Shown here in pieces: positions 1 through 10,870 of a stretch of 64,000 nucleotides of DNA. Every line of letters starts with the position of its first letter. Position 1 is the stretch's first letter. The notes under the pieces are model-generated. The model saw only the letters and a list, made by a program, of their open reading frames with translations, was not told the DNA's origin and made no database searches. Source of the DNA: Roseibacillus sp. (GTDB lineage Bacteria > Verrucomicrobiota > Verrucomicrobiia > Verrucomicrobiales > Akkermansiaceae); assembly GCA_051251855.1 (NCBI GenBank), contig JBPOGI010000001.1, positions 1,504,001 to 1,568,000 on the forward strand, written 5' to 3'. A program made the translations under genes and the position numbers.

Positions 1-33
1 AAACATCCGCACCTGCGCCAAGCTCCTTCAACC

Positions 34-1287
34 ATGAATTCCAATCGCCGCACATTCCTCAAAGGCCTCGGTGGAGCCTTGGCGCTTCCCCTGCTCGAAG
101 CACGGGCTCTTCCCACCACAACCACCCCCACCCGCTTCCTCGTGGTCGGAAACCCCTTCGGCATGCATCCAGACTACTTCTTTCCTAAGGAGTTTGGAAA
201 AGGCTTCACCCTTCCCAAAACGCTGCAGTCCCTCGAATGGATTCGCGAAAGACTCACCATTCTTTCACACACCGACCACAATATGATCAGTGGCCATGGA
301 CGGGAAATTTCCTTTCTCAGCGGACTCCTTCCAACCGATAGCCAGACCTTTCCCGAGAAAAACATGTCGCTGGATCAACTGATGGCTCGCCACGCCGGCT
401 CACAGGTTCGCTATCCCTCCATCGAGGCCGGTCTCGGTAGTGGGATCCGCATGAACTGGACCGCCAACGGGGTTGAGAAGACCCCCTTCACCGACCCTCA
501 AAAGCTCTACGATCACCTCTTCGTCAACCTCACGGCCGAACAAAAAACGGAACGTCGCAAGCTCCTCGACCGCAACGGCAGCATCCTCGATAGTCTTGGC
601 GACCAATTCAGCGCCATCGAGAAAAGCTCCAGCCAAGCCGACCGCGAACGACTCGACCAATACCAAACCTCCATCCGTGAGCTGGAGGGCACCTTCGCTG
701 ACCGCAAAACTTGGATTGGGCAGGACAAGCCCGTCTTCGACATCTCCAACCAGCTTGGCCACTCCGAAGTCACCATCGAAAATCGCTACCATGCCATTTT
801 CGATATGATCAGCTACGCCTTCGAGACCGACCTCACCCGCGTGGCATCCATCGCCTTTCCCCAGAGCCTCAGCTACTCCGACGTGGGAGGAGTCACCCGC
901 AGCTACCACGGTTGCACTCACAATGGCAAAATGGAAAACGTCACTGCCGAACTCGTCGCCATCGAGTCCTTTCAAATCGCTCAACTCTCTCGGCTCATGA
1001 AGAAGCTCGATGCCATCAAGGAGCCCAACGCTGATGGCACCCTCCTCGATCACACCATCATCCTGTTCGGCAGTGGCATGGGATACGGAGGAACCCACTC
1101 CAACCGAGACCTGCCCATTCTCGTCGCAGGAGGAGGCTTCCAACATCTCGGCCACGTCGATACGCGCAACGAGAGCGGGCAGAACATGCCCCTCTGCAAT
1201 CTCTACCTCACCCTTCTGCAACGATTTGGGGTTGAGCGCGACCAATTCAATACCAGCACCGGACTTTTTGACCTCAAGTATGCGTAA
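34..1287 (+). CDS. DUF1552 (HXXSHH-family) protein with Tat-like signal
   Basis: N-terminal NRRTFLKG twin-arginine motif. Family-like motifs SLDQLMA, AFETDLTRV, YHGCTH, GTLLDHT and HSNRDLPILVAGG. Adjacent to a DUF1592-type partner. Confidence 0.85.
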   Translation: MNSNRRTFLKGLGGALALPLLEARALPTTTTPTRFLVVGNPFGMHPDYFFPKEFGKGFTLPKTLQSLEWIRERLTILSHTDHNMISGHGREISFLSGLLPTDSQTFPEKNMSLDQLMARHAGSQVRYPSIEAGLGSGIRMNWTANGVEKTPFTDPQKLYDHLFVNLTAEQKTERRKLLDRNGSILDSLGDQFSAIEKSSSQADRERLDQYQTSIRELEGTFADRKTWIGQDKPVFDISNQLGHSEVTIENRYHAIFDMISYAFETDLTRVASIAFPQSLSYSDVGGVTRSYHGCTHNGKMENVTAELVAIESFQIAQLSRLMKKLDAIKEPNADGTLLDHTIILFGSGMGYGGTHSNRDLPILVAGGGFQHLGHVDTRNESGQNMPLCNLYLTLLQRFGVERDQFNTSTGLFDLKYA

Positions 1288-3766
1288 GCTCATCACCCCT
1301 TTCCTCGCTTGGGTCATCACCGCCACCCTCAGCGCGGCCCCATCTCTTTCCTCTCTGCTGGAGGAAAACTGCTTCGAGTGTCACAACGACAAGAAGAGCA
1401 AAGGAAAGTTCAAAATACTCCACCTAGGCGACGCACCTACGGAAGAGAACCTCGACCGTTGGCTCGACTGTCTAGACCTCGTCGACAGCGAAGAGATGCC
1501 ACCGGAAGAAGACAGTAATCTCTCCGCGCTCGACCGCGCCAGCCTCATCGCCCTCCTGGAAGCGAAACTCGACGAATACAACTCCAAGCCCCGAGTCAGA
1601 AAGCCCGACACCCCTCGACGCCTAAACAACCGTGAGTTCGCCAATAGCGTCCGCGACGCCCTCCTTCTCGAGCACATTGGCACCAACGATCCAGTCGACA
1701 ACCTCATTGCCGACAACCTCTACCACGGTTTCGACACCCACAGTGAAACCCTTGGATTCAGCCGCTTTCACCTGGAACAATACATGGTTGCCATCCGAAA
1801 AATCGTTGACGCCACCATCCTTTCCGGAGAACAGCCCCCAGCCAAACACTATCACATTCCCGCTGAGGACATGCGCCGCGAGCAGCTGCGACAAGTCACC
1901 GTTCGCGATCTCGTCCATAGCGTCAACGGAACCATCGACCTCAGCGATCCTAGTCTTGGTCTCTATTTCGAAACCATGCGTGCCACGCCCTCTACCGGAT
2001 TCTACCGAATCAAGATTCGTGCTGCCGGCATTGATCGTGGCTACTACCCACAAGAAAAAACTGGAATTTGGGATGACGACCCCATTCAGCTCAAACTCGA
2101 TTTCAACAACCTCGGCTTCACCTTCGACCTCCCTGACGAAGAGCCTCAGGAGTTCGAAATCCGCGCGTGGCTTGCCGAAGGAACCCGCCTGCGATTAAGC
2201 AATCCAACCGATGGACTGCGAATGCGCGGCAACGGGAACTTTAAATTTCAAAACGCCATTGCTGGAGAGTTCACCAAAAAGAACGAACCCGAGCGCTATG
2301 CCCGAATCGTGGCAAAAATCAAAAGCTCTGGCGGCAGAGAACGCGTCACTACCCGACCTGATTTCTGGCCCAATTGGGTTGCCTACTGGCGGGGTCCTCG
2401 CCCCCGAGTCTACTCAGCCGAAATCGAAGGCCCTCTCTTCGATAGTTGGCCCCCTCAACGCCAAGTCTCCCTCATCGGCGAGAACCCCTCCGCAGAAAAC
2501 GCCTCCGAAATCCTTCTCCCCATCGCCCAGCGTGCATGGCGCCGCTCTGTCCAACCAAATGAACTCAGCTCCTTCGTCCAACTCGTCCAATCGCGTGCCC
2601 CAAGCATCGGCGACCTCGAAGCAATCAAAGACGGCATCGTCGCAATTTTCGCGTCCCCGTCCTTCCTCTTCATCAATGGACAAAGCAATGAACCTAGCGA
2701 CCACTTTCGCACGAAACTCAGCTACCTCCTACGCAGCAGCCTCCCAGAGCGCGAACTACAAAAAGAATCCCCAGAATCCCCCCTGAATTCCTTCGAGGAC
2801 ATTCTTGCTCACCTCAAGAAGGAGTCCTCCTCCCAGCGCATGGAGGAATTTCTCGACGAGTTCCCCAATGCTTGGTTCGAGCTCGACGACATCAACTTCA
2901 TGTCACCCGATCCCGCAAATTACCCCTACTACCACAAAAAGAAGCTCAGCCAAGACATGGTCGGCGAGGCCAAAACCTTCTTCCGCCACATCATCGAGAA
3001 CAACCTTCCCGTCACCGAGTTTCTCACCGCCGACTACAGCTTCATCAACGCAGACCTCGCCGAAATTTACCAAGTTACAGACATCCCCTCGGATTCGAAG
3101 TTTCGCAAATACGTCTTCACAGACGGACGCCGGGGCGGCCTCTTGGGAATGGGTGCCTTTCTCACCTCCACCGCCGACAGCCTCTCCACCTCACCCATTC
3201 ACCGTGCGGTCTACGTGATGGAAAACTTCCTCGGCATCCATCCCACCCCACCCCCGGCCGACGTCAAGATCACCGAGCCAGATGTACGCCAAGCCAAAAC
3301 TATCAAGGAGATCCTCGCCGCGCACACCTCCGACGTCTCGTGTGCCAGTTGCCACGCAACCATCGATCCCTACGGATATGCCTTCGAGAATTTCGACCCC
3401 ACAGGAGCTTGGCGGGAACACTACACCTTACCTTCGGAAGAAATTCTCTCGGAGGAAGAAACCCCAAAGCGCAAACGCAATCGCCCGAAGATCGTTGCTA
3501 TCCCTATCGATACCAGTGCCCAATTTCGCAGCGGCGACAGCTATCAAGACATCACCGAATTCCGCGCTATTCTTCAAAATGACCTCAACCGAGAACGCTT
3601 CGTTAAGAGCTTTGTCGAGAAGCTCCTTCTCTATTCTAACGGAGCCGAACCCGATACCTCTGACTTCGCCGAAATCGACCAAATCCTCTTAAAGTCCGCC
3701 GCCCACGACTACCGCATCATCGAGACCCTCGCCGCTGTGATCGATAGCCCCTTGTTCCACAATTGA
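1280..3766 (+). CDS. DUF1592/DUF1588/DUF1595-type protein with planctomycete cytochrome c domain
   Basis: ATG at 1280 gives a signal peptide (MRKLITPFLAWVITATLSA) and overlaps the upstream stop by 8 nt. Two CxxCH motifs (CFECH, CASCH), plus RRLNNREF, RRGGLLG, TSPIHRA and GYAFENFD. Confidence 0.85.
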   Translation: MRKLITPFLAWVITATLSAAPSLSSLLEENCFECHNDKKSKGKFKILHLGDAPTEENLDRWLDCLDLVDSEEMPPEEDSNLSALDRASLIALLEAKLDEYNSKPRVRKPDTPRRLNNREFANSVRDALLLEHIGTNDPVDNLIADNLYHGFDTHSETLGFSRFHLEQYMVAIRKIVDATILSGEQPPAKHYHIPAEDMRREQLRQVTVRDLVHSVNGTIDLSDPSLGLYFETMRATPSTGFYRIKIRAAGIDRGYYPQEKTGIWDDDPIQLKLDFNNLGFTFDLPDEEPQEFEIRAWLAEGTRLRLSNPTDGLRMRGNGNFKFQNAIAGEFTKKNEPERYARIVAKIKSSGGRERVTTRPDFWPNWVAYWRGPRPRVYSAEIEGPLFDSWPPQRQVSLIGENPSAENASEILLPIAQRAWRRSVQPNELSSFVQLVQSRAPSIGDLEAIKDGIVAIFASPSFLFINGQSNEPSDHFRTKLSYLLRSSLPERELQKESPESPLNSFEDILAHLKKESSSQRMEEFLDEFPNAWFELDDINFMSPDPANYPYYHKKKLSQDMVGEAKTFFRHIIENNLPVTEFLTADYSFINADLAEIYQVTDIPSDSKFRKYVFTDGRRGGLLGMGAFLTSTADSLSTSPIHRAVYVMENFLGIHPTPPPADVKITEPDVRQAKTIKEILAAHTSDVSCASCHATIDPYGYAFENFDPTGAWREHYTLPSEEILSEEETPKRKRNRPKIVAIPIDTSAQFRSGDSYQDITEFRAILQNDLNRERFVKSFVEKLLLYSNGAEPDTSDFAEIDQILLKSAAHDYRIIETLAAVIDSPLFHN

Positions 3767-3806
3767 CTCATGGCTCCATCGCAAAAAATCGCGCGAGCCT
3801 CACAGC

Positions 3807-4562
3807 CTATACTCGTCGACGTCTAACAAGTCCGAGACCGGCACAAATCGCAAGCAGCCCGGTGCCGCTTGGCTCAGGGATGCTGTTAAAGGAAATGTTA
3901 TCAATGGTGTAGGTGCCACCCGTTTGGGCATTGAAGGTCTGCAGGACGAGGGTATCGACCCCGCTCGTCGGAGGCCCTTCACCCTGACCTGAAACATTCT
4001 GGTCATTACCACCGGACTTGGAATTTCCAATCCAAAGCTCATAAGAGTTATTCGCAAGACTGTCGGTGGAGCCATCCGGGGCAGTATAGTCGATAGCCGC
4101 TCCGCTCACATTGAAGTAGTAGTTGATGGTCGTTGAGACCACAATAGTGGTCATATTCAAATTATCAGCAAAATTGGGTACGGGGTTACCGTTTGTCGAA
4201 CGCGCTGCCCCATCGACCATCTGAACAAACAAGGTGGCATTGGCGGTATCACCCGGATCCAAAGGATCGTCCTCAACGCGAAAAGCATCGAAGGTGAAAT
4301 TGCCAACTAACGTTCCTGTGGTCGATTCCAACTCAATTCGATCCGATCCTCCATCGGGGTCTATCACAATGGATCCGCCTGCGTAGGACACTGTTCCCGT
4401 GACGTCCAAGTTCTGACCTGCACCTGAAGTGGTTGTAATGGCACGGTCAACAGCCGCACCATCAGCATCCGGAAACGACTCCGACCAAATGAGGGCAGCA
4501 GTGCCGTGTGAGGTGAGAACCGCGAGGCCTAAAAGGGAGTAGAGAGAAGTTAAGTGACTCAT
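3807..4562 (-). CDS. PEP-CTERM sorting domain surface protein
   Basis: Signal peptide from ATG 4562. C-terminus IPEPSGTGLLAICAGLGLVRRRRV. Confidence 0.92.
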   Translation of the reverse strand: MSHLTSLYSLLGLAVLTSHGTAALIWSESFPDADGAAVDRAITTTSGAGQNLDVTGTVSYAGGSIVIDPDGGSDRIELESTTGTLVGNFTFDAFRVEDDPLDPGDTANATLFVQMVDGAARSTNGNPVPNFADNLNMTTIVVSTTINYYFNVSGAAIDYTAPDGSTDSLANNSYELWIGNSKSGGNDQNVSGQGEGPPTSGVDTLVLQTFNAQTGGTYTIDNISFNSIPEPSGTGLLAICAGLGLVRRRRV

Positions 4563-4800
4563 GGGGAATCTTTTGGGGTTTTGAAGAAGGGCTTTTCCTT
4601 CAAAACTCACCCTTCAAATTATCATTTGACCAGTCAATCTCTTTTCGAAGTTTGGTAGGGAAATCAGGAATGAAACGAAACTAAACGCCCCAAATGGGCA
4701 GATTTGAGTCATTTTACGTATGTCGTATGCGGAATCGCGACTATTCGTGAGTTGGCGCAATCGCATACTTTCTCACTAAGAAAAACCATCAGTTTTCCCA

Positions 4801-6636
4801 ATGAAGTGCCTTTTACCAACCGCCCTCTTTTCGCTGTTTCACTCGCTGAGTGCTGAAATCATCTCCGTAGCCGACCACGGAATCGTTCCTGGCAAAGACG
4901 CCACTTTCGCAGTCAATCGCCTCATCGAATCTCTCGATGGAGACTCCGAAGCGACGATTCAATTTCCAAAAGGTCGTTATGAATTCTTCCCTGAGAATGC
5001 TCTCGAGACTCATCGCGCAGTCTCGAACCATGACAATAGCCTCAAGCGTCTCGCCTTTCCGCTCTTCAATCTCAAGAACGTCACCATTGATGGCAATGGA
5101 TCGGAGTTCATCTTCCATGGCCGCATTTCCCCCATCGCGATCGATGGTTCGGAGAACATCACCCTCAAAAATTTCTCTATCGACTGGAGTCGTTCTTTTC
5201 ACGACGAATACGAAGTCATCGCGCGAGACCTCGAAAAGAAAACCGTTCGGCTGAAAGTTGATCCCGCGAAGTATCCCTTCGCTATCAAACACGGAACCCT
5301 CTTTTCGAAAAAGTATGATTGGGAAGACCGCATGGGTTCGAACATGACCTTTGACCCAAAGACACGTTCCCCCATCTACGACACCAAACGATATAACGTT
5401 AATTTCACCCGCCCTCATCACGCTTCACCTGCAGGAAAAGGCCTCATCGACCTACAAGCCCACTTCAGCAAAGAACCCCCGCCGGTGGGCAGCGTCCTTA
5501 TTTCCTACGGAACTCACCCAACCAGTCGCCTCTGCCCCGCCATGCACCTCGCCAACTCCAAAGACATCCTCATCGAAGGCGTCACTATCTACGAAGCGGG
5601 GGGAATGGGAGTGATCGCCGAACGCACAGAGAATGTGCGCCTGCAGAAGGTGACCGTCACCTCCAACAGCGAGCGCTTGGTCTCTACCCGAGCGGACGCG
5701 ACTCACTTCATTGGCTGCAAAGGACTCATCCACCTGGAAGACTGCCTCTTTGAGCACATGCTCGATGACGCCACCAACGTCCACGGAGCCTACGTGAAGG
5801 TCATGGAAACTCTCGAAGACAACCAACTCATCTGCGAGATCAGCCACTTCCAACAGTGGGGATTAGTCTTTGCAGGCCCAGGAGACGAAGTCGCTCTTCT
5901 CTCACGCGAAACCATTCTTCCGTTTCATAAGACCACGGTGACTGCGGTCAAACCCATCAATGAGCGCCGCTTCCTAATCACTCTCGCTGATATCCCAGAC
6001 AACCTTCCCGACGTTCCCCTATCGGTTGAAAACCTCACTTGGAATCCCGACTTCGTGATGCGCAACAACATCGTGCGTGAAAACCGGGCCCGGAGTGTGC
6101 TCGTCACCACCAAGGGCAAAGTCCTCATCGAGGGAAACACTTTTGCCTCCCAAATGCATGGCATTCTCATCGAGGGCGACAACAACGTTTGGTATGAGTC
6201 AGGCGCGGTCCAAGACATTACCATTCGCGACAATGACTTCATCAACATCGGGTTCGAGGCCACGGATCGCTACCCTCTCTACGTTGCCCCCCTCCTCAAC
6301 GAAACCCAGCGTTTTGGAGAAGGACACTATCACCGCAACATTAAGTTCACTGGCAATCGGGTGAAAAGCTTCAGCGGTCACTTTGTGCACGCCCTGTCGG
6401 TCTCCAATTTGGTCATCGAGGACAACGTGATGGAATTTAGCCGCGACTACCCTGCCACGAATAGCCATCCCGCAATCAACCTCATCTATTGCGACCAAGT
6501 CTCCACCAAGAACAACACCTTCAAAGGCTTCGAAAGAGTTCTTCGCCACACCGTTTCCAATCAATCAACGGCTATCAAGTTTGAAAACAACCCGGGACTC
6601 GAACCCACATTAGTTCCCGCAGAAGCGAAGAACTAG
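4801..6636 (+). CDS. GH110 alpha-1,3-galactosidase (beta-helix)
   Basis: Signal peptide, SNHDNSLKR, catalytic-type ADATHF...EHMLDDATNVHG, WYESGAVQDITI. Confidence 0.85.
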   Translation: MKCLLPTALFSLFHSLSAEIISVADHGIVPGKDATFAVNRLIESLDGDSEATIQFPKGRYEFFPENALETHRAVSNHDNSLKRLAFPLFNLKNVTIDGNGSEFIFHGRISPIAIDGSENITLKNFSIDWSRSFHDEYEVIARDLEKKTVRLKVDPAKYPFAIKHGTLFSKKYDWEDRMGSNMTFDPKTRSPIYDTKRYNVNFTRPHHASPAGKGLIDLQAHFSKEPPPVGSVLISYGTHPTSRLCPAMHLANSKDILIEGVTIYEAGGMGVIAERTENVRLQKVTVTSNSERLVSTRADATHFIGCKGLIHLEDCLFEHMLDDATNVHGAYVKVMETLEDNQLICEISHFQQWGLVFAGPGDEVALLSRETILPFHKTTVTAVKPINERRFLITLADIPDNLPDVPLSVENLTWNPDFVMRNNIVRENRARSVLVTTKGKVLIEGNTFASQMHGILIEGDNNVWYESGAVQDITIRDNDFINIGFEATDRYPLYVAPLLNETQRFGEGHYHRNIKFTGNRVKSFSGHFVHALSVSNLVIEDNVMEFSRDYPATNSHPAINLIYCDQVSTKNNTFKGFERVLRHTVSNQSTAIKFENNPGLEPTLVPAEAKN

Positions 6637-6662
6637 CGGTCGCTCGCGCATCGATTGACCAA

Positions 6663-9518
6663 ATGACCCTCCCCTCACTACTCCGCCCTCAACCAGCGAT
6701 TGCTCTTCTTTTTCAAGGGGTATCATTCGGCGAGGAGTCTCTGAGCAAAGAGAGAGCGTTACTCAGTTTCGACACGGGTCACACCATTAGTCGAATTCGC
6801 TCCGCCCAACAGGGCGAATCTTCCCGCATCGTTGCCAGCAGCTACGAAGGCACGATCCTCTCCTTCTCATTCTCCGGAAAAGTTCATTGGAAGCAGAAGC
6901 TCTCTGGATTCATGAATCGCGACCTCTGGTGCGCGGACCTAACCGGAGATGGCAACGACGAGATTCTCGCCGCAAACGCGGATGGCCACCTCTACTGCCT
7001 CGACGCCGAAGGCAACCCGCTCTGGAAGTTCCGTCCCTCGCAGGCCCCCATGAATAGCGTGGCAACGCTTACACACGAAGGAACCACCGTTGTGGTCTGC
7101 GGAGGTTACGACAAGAACATCTACTGGCTCTCTGCCAAGGGCGAGCCCATCAAGACGGTCCCTTCTTCGTCCTACTCAATTGAAAAAGTCTGGGGCAAAA
7201 AGAGCGAGAAGAAGCTTCCTAACAGCAAGGAGCACATTGCGAACTTCTTACGACCCGCCGAAGGGGAGAATGGACAGGACATACTCGTCCTCCATGCAGC
7301 CATCAACAGCAACTCTGGGAACGGAAGCCTCTATCTCTTTCAACCGCTTGCCGAACATCCCTTCAAGGTCATCAAGAAACCCATTCTCAGGAAGCCCTCT
7401 GGCGACCTCTCTCTCTGTGATACCGATGGCGACGGCATCGAGGAAGTTCTGTTAGGATCCAGCTCAACGTCCAATGACGGGGGCTTCCTGCATATCGACC
7501 TTCAGTCATCAGAGATGGCTCTCAGAAATTTCCAAGACCTCCGAAAGGAAAAAGCCCTCAGAGAAAAAATGAAAGGACTCGCCTATCGAGTCGCGCAAAC
7601 TTTGCCGCTGGGTCCCCCTCCCCACAAACAATTTTTAACCGCCTTTGGTTCCCGATTTGTTCTTTCCCCTGCTGACTTAAATGCGGAGAACACCGAAGTC
7701 ATCGTCAGCCCCTATTCCTTCAACGACATTTGGAAAGACCCTCGTTCTAACAAAATCCTGCTGGCAAGCATTCAAAGTGGCGGCAGTGGGATTCACATCT
7801 TGGACCCTTCGCAACCGGATTGGAAAAACGCACTCGAGAACTTTCAACCCACGGGAAAAATCGCGCGAGTTCTTTCCAACACGCAGCAAGTTCGAGAACA
7901 GCTTCAGCTCGAAGAACGTCCTTCAGTAAAGACCTCAGCTCGCAAAGTGTATTTCCTAACCGAGGCGCTCTCCGGCGAACTCGAACAGCACGCTCTTGAG
8001 CTCGAAAAAGAACACGGGAATCCCGTCTTCTTGCAAGGCCAGCACATGAACAAAGTCGAGGACTGGGACCGAGTCACCGTCACTAGCGAGCTCTATCGCG
8101 AAAAGAGAGACCGCAGAAAAAGCTATGTCCTGTCCCCCGAAGAAGCGCTCGACCAGCTCTCAAATCTCTACCAGACCACCCGCTCAGGAGTCTCTTATTG
8201 GGGAGGCCATGGAAACGACCCCTACATGTTCAGCAGCGAAACGCTCATCAAAGCGCTCGCCAATCACCCCGAGAAGAAGACCGTTCTCATCTACCCAGAA
8301 CTGGAGAAGTGGAATGACGACTTCGCGATGGTGCTAGACGATCACATCTACCCTTTAGCGAGCACCTTCCAAGGCACCGAGAACCGGCTCTACATTCGAA
8401 CCAAGCATGCCTTTTGGCACTCGATTGTCTATGAACCGCTCTGGAGTCGGCTTCTCTCCGGCGAGTTTGCCGACGTCTTTGTCCCGTCCATGGAAGAGAC
8501 CACGGATAAGACGCCCGAGCAAACCGTTCCCAGTCGCGTCGGCATCTGGGCCAGTGGTGCAGTCAATCAATGGGGCTCGCGAGTCGTTCGTGATAATCCC
8601 AGCTTCGACCGCCTACGCCAGCATTCCGATCAGATGCTACCCAATCACTTTCTGCGCAACCAAATCTATCACCTCTCTCTTGGAGCCACCTACCTCAACA
8701 ACTTTGCAATCGATCAGGATTACTTCAGCGTTCTCTACGATCTCATTGCTCAAGGTGTGCTCTACGTTCCCGCACGAAATGAAATCGTGAGCTTTAATCC
8801 TGTCCACCTCGGAATGACCCGCCCTGATCCCTTCTATCTTGATGAAGGAAACAACGCCAAGTGGGTCACCTTTTTTGACGAAGAAGAAGAGGCCGAGAAC
8901 CCCCGCGTCTTTAGCCGCCTCAACGGAACCTGGCCCGGCGCGCCTGTTCACGAATGGGACTACTCCTCATTCGCTGCCGGGGTAAAGGATCGTCGCTTGA
9001 ACTATCTCCCCCCCTTCGAGAATGGTGTCGTCCTCATTGCCCCTGCCCAAAGCGGAAAGTTCGCCAATCCCGATGCCCCTCGAGGTCGCATGGTCGATCA
9101 CCTCCACCCGCTCTACCGCGAAACCATGCACGAGTTCATCACCAATGGCCGCGAATACCTCTCGCCCGATGGCACCGAAAGCTACCCCGCGGACCAACAC
9201 TATCAATCCGTCGCTCAAGCCATTGCCAAAGGCGCCGAGCTGCTTCCTCTCACCGTCGCAGGCGAAGTGGCTTGGACCGTGGCCCAGACCGCACCCGACC
9301 GACTCCGACTCACTGTCATCGATGGCGGCTACCTCAATCCCAGCAGAAAACAGGCAACGATCACCTTCCGAGCCGCCCGCGCCAAGGCCATGACCGACCT
9401 TCTTTCTGGTGAAACCACTGATTTAAAAGGAAAGAATTCGGCGGCAGTGGAAGTCCCTAGTGGGCTCTTCCGTTTCTACGATGTGGAGCTCACCCAACCA
9501 TTCCATCCCAAAAAATGA
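6663..9518 (+). CDS. Lambda-carrageenase-like protein (GH150, CglA-like)
   Basis: About 950 aa. N-terminal beta-propeller repeats (DLTGDGNDEILAANADG) and a C-terminal region with YWGGHGNDPY, EETTDK, RDNPSFDRLRQHS. Lies next to GH110 and sulfatases. Confidence 0.75.
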   Translation: MTLPSLLRPQPAIALLFQGVSFGEESLSKERALLSFDTGHTISRIRSAQQGESSRIVASSYEGTILSFSFSGKVHWKQKLSGFMNRDLWCADLTGDGNDEILAANADGHLYCLDAEGNPLWKFRPSQAPMNSVATLTHEGTTVVVCGGYDKNIYWLSAKGEPIKTVPSSSYSIEKVWGKKSEKKLPNSKEHIANFLRPAEGENGQDILVLHAAINSNSGNGSLYLFQPLAEHPFKVIKKPILRKPSGDLSLCDTDGDGIEEVLLGSSSTSNDGGFLHIDLQSSEMALRNFQDLRKEKALREKMKGLAYRVAQTLPLGPPPHKQFLTAFGSRFVLSPADLNAENTEVIVSPYSFNDIWKDPRSNKILLASIQSGGSGIHILDPSQPDWKNALENFQPTGKIARVLSNTQQVREQLQLEERPSVKTSARKVYFLTEALSGELEQHALELEKEHGNPVFLQGQHMNKVEDWDRVTVTSELYREKRDRRKSYVLSPEEALDQLSNLYQTTRSGVSYWGGHGNDPYMFSSETLIKALANHPEKKTVLIYPELEKWNDDFAMVLDDHIYPLASTFQGTENRLYIRTKHAFWHSIVYEPLWSRLLSGEFADVFVPSMEETTDKTPEQTVPSRVGIWASGAVNQWGSRVVRDNPSFDRLRQHSDQMLPNHFLRNQIYHLSLGATYLNNFAIDQDYFSVLYDLIAQGVLYVPARNEIVSFNPVHLGMTRPDPFYLDEGNNAKWVTFFDEEEEAENPRVFSRLNGTWPGAPVHEWDYSSFAAGVKDRRLNYLPPFENGVVLIAPAQSGKFANPDAPRGRMVDHLHPLYRETMHEFITNGREYLSPDGTESYPADQHYQSVAQAIAKGAELLPLTVAGEVAWTVAQTAPDRLRLTVIDGGYLNPSRKQATITFRAARAKAMTDLLSGETTDLKGKNSAAVEVPSGLFRFYDVELTQPFHPKK

Positions 9519-10870
9519 AAACTCTCCTCCTCGCCAGCCTCCTCTTTCCTCTTTTGGCCTGCGCCGAAACTTCGCAGCCTAACATCGTCCTTTTTTTCGT
9601 CGACGACATGGGTTGGGACGACATGGGCTATCGCGACAAACTTTACGAAACACCCCATCTCGACCAACTTGCCCAGGAGAGCGTCGATTTTCAACAAGCC
9701 TACATTCCCTGCCCCACTTGCAGCCCCAGCCGAGGTGCCTTGGTCACAGGACAGCACCCCGCCCGCCTCAAGCTCGTCCGCCACATTCCCAACGATCCCG
9801 AAAACGGATTCGACGAATTTGGGCGCTCCGAAAAGAAATTCAATCTCTGGCCCACCGACCCCGCCCAATTCCCCTGCGTCAATTGGCTCAGTCTCGACCA
9901 CCCCACCTACGCCGAGGAGCTGGGAAAACTTGGATACTACAACTTGTTCGTCGGAAAGTGGCACTTGGGCCACGAACCCTACCATCCTGTCAAACAAGGA
10001 TTCGACCGCCAGATTGGCACCTCCAACTTCGGCCACCCCAAGTCCTACTACCCGCCCTATTTCAAGAACGGCCCGGTCTTCGCCGATGAGAAAGAACGCT
10101 ACCTCACCGACAAGCTCACCGACGAGACCGTCTCCTTCATCGCCGACTACGAAAAGGAGAAGCCCTTTATGATTTCGCTCTGGTATTACACTGTTCACGG
10201 TCCCCACGTCGGTCGCAAGGACCTCATTCAGCGCTTCAAGGACAAGGGTATGGAGAAGAAGGAAGCCACCTACGCCGCCATGTGCACCGCGATGGACGAA
10301 TCTGTCGGTCGCGTTCGCAAGGCCCTTTCCGAGAAAGGAATCGCCGACGACACCGTCATCATTTTTCTTTCCGACCAGGGAGCGATGTTCGAGAACAAGC
10401 CTTTCCGCGGAGGGAAACGAAGCGAGACCCTCTACGAAGGCGGGGCGCGCGTGCCCTTCATGATTTCCTGGCCCGGAGTCACCAAAGCTGGACCGAACAG
10501 GCAGGTCGTCGAGTCCACCGACCTCTTTCCCACCCTACTGGAAATCGCTGGCGGCGACCCCTCCGGAGTCAAGAACCTCAACGGTGTCTCCCTCCTTCCC
10601 GCCCTCAAAAACGGAGCTATCGTCGAGCGCACCAATCCCATCATCGGCTACCGCGCCTACGAAGACCTCTACGCCTCGGTCCGCGATGGTGACTGGAAAC
10701 TGCTCGCCTACCGCAGCGGCACCATCAAGCTCTACAACCTCGCCCAAGACATCAGCGAAACCACCGACCTCTCCGAAAAGGAAACCGAAATCACAACCCG
10801 TCTCGTAGAAACTCTCAAGGCGTGGGAGAAAGAAATGCAGGTCGAACAATACTCAGGCGTCCAATCATGA
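9515..10870 (+). CDS. S1 family sulfatase (Cys-type)
   Basis: PNIVLFFVDDMG, CSPSR, GKWHLG, SDQG. ATGA overlap with the upstream gene. Confidence 0.95.
   Translation: MKTLLLASLLFPLLACAETSQPNIVLFFVDDMGWDDMGYRDKLYETPHLDQLAQESVDFQQAYIPCPTCSPSRGALVTGQHPARLKLVRHIPNDPENGFDEFGRSEKKFNLWPTDPAQFPCVNWLSLDHPTYAEELGKLGYYNLFVGKWHLGHEPYHPVKQGFDRQIGTSNFGHPKSYYPPYFKNGPVFADEKERYLTDKLTDETVSFIADYEKEKPFMISLWYYTVHGPHVGRKDLIQRFKDKGMEKKEATYAAMCTAMDESVGRVRKALSEKGIADDTVIIFLSDQGAMFENKPFRGGKRSETLYEGGARVPFMISWPGVTKAGPNRQVVESTDLFPTLLEIAGGDPSGVKNLNGVSLLPALKNGAIVERTNPIIGYRAYEDLYASVRDGDWKLLAYRSGTIKLYNLAQDISETTDLSEKETEITTRLVETLKAWEKEMQVEQYSGVQS

Noticed and set aside
1010..1279. 90-codon N-terminal extension of the DUF1592 ORF
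   Set aside because: It overlaps the DUF1552 gene and is Ser/Pro-rich shadow sequence. ATG 1280 gives a proper signal peptide.
4576..4608. Hairpin in the 5' leader of the first PEP-CTERM gene
   Set aside because: A real inverted repeat (GTTTTGAAG/CTTCAAAAC), but there is no evidence for function beyond a generic leader stem-loop.
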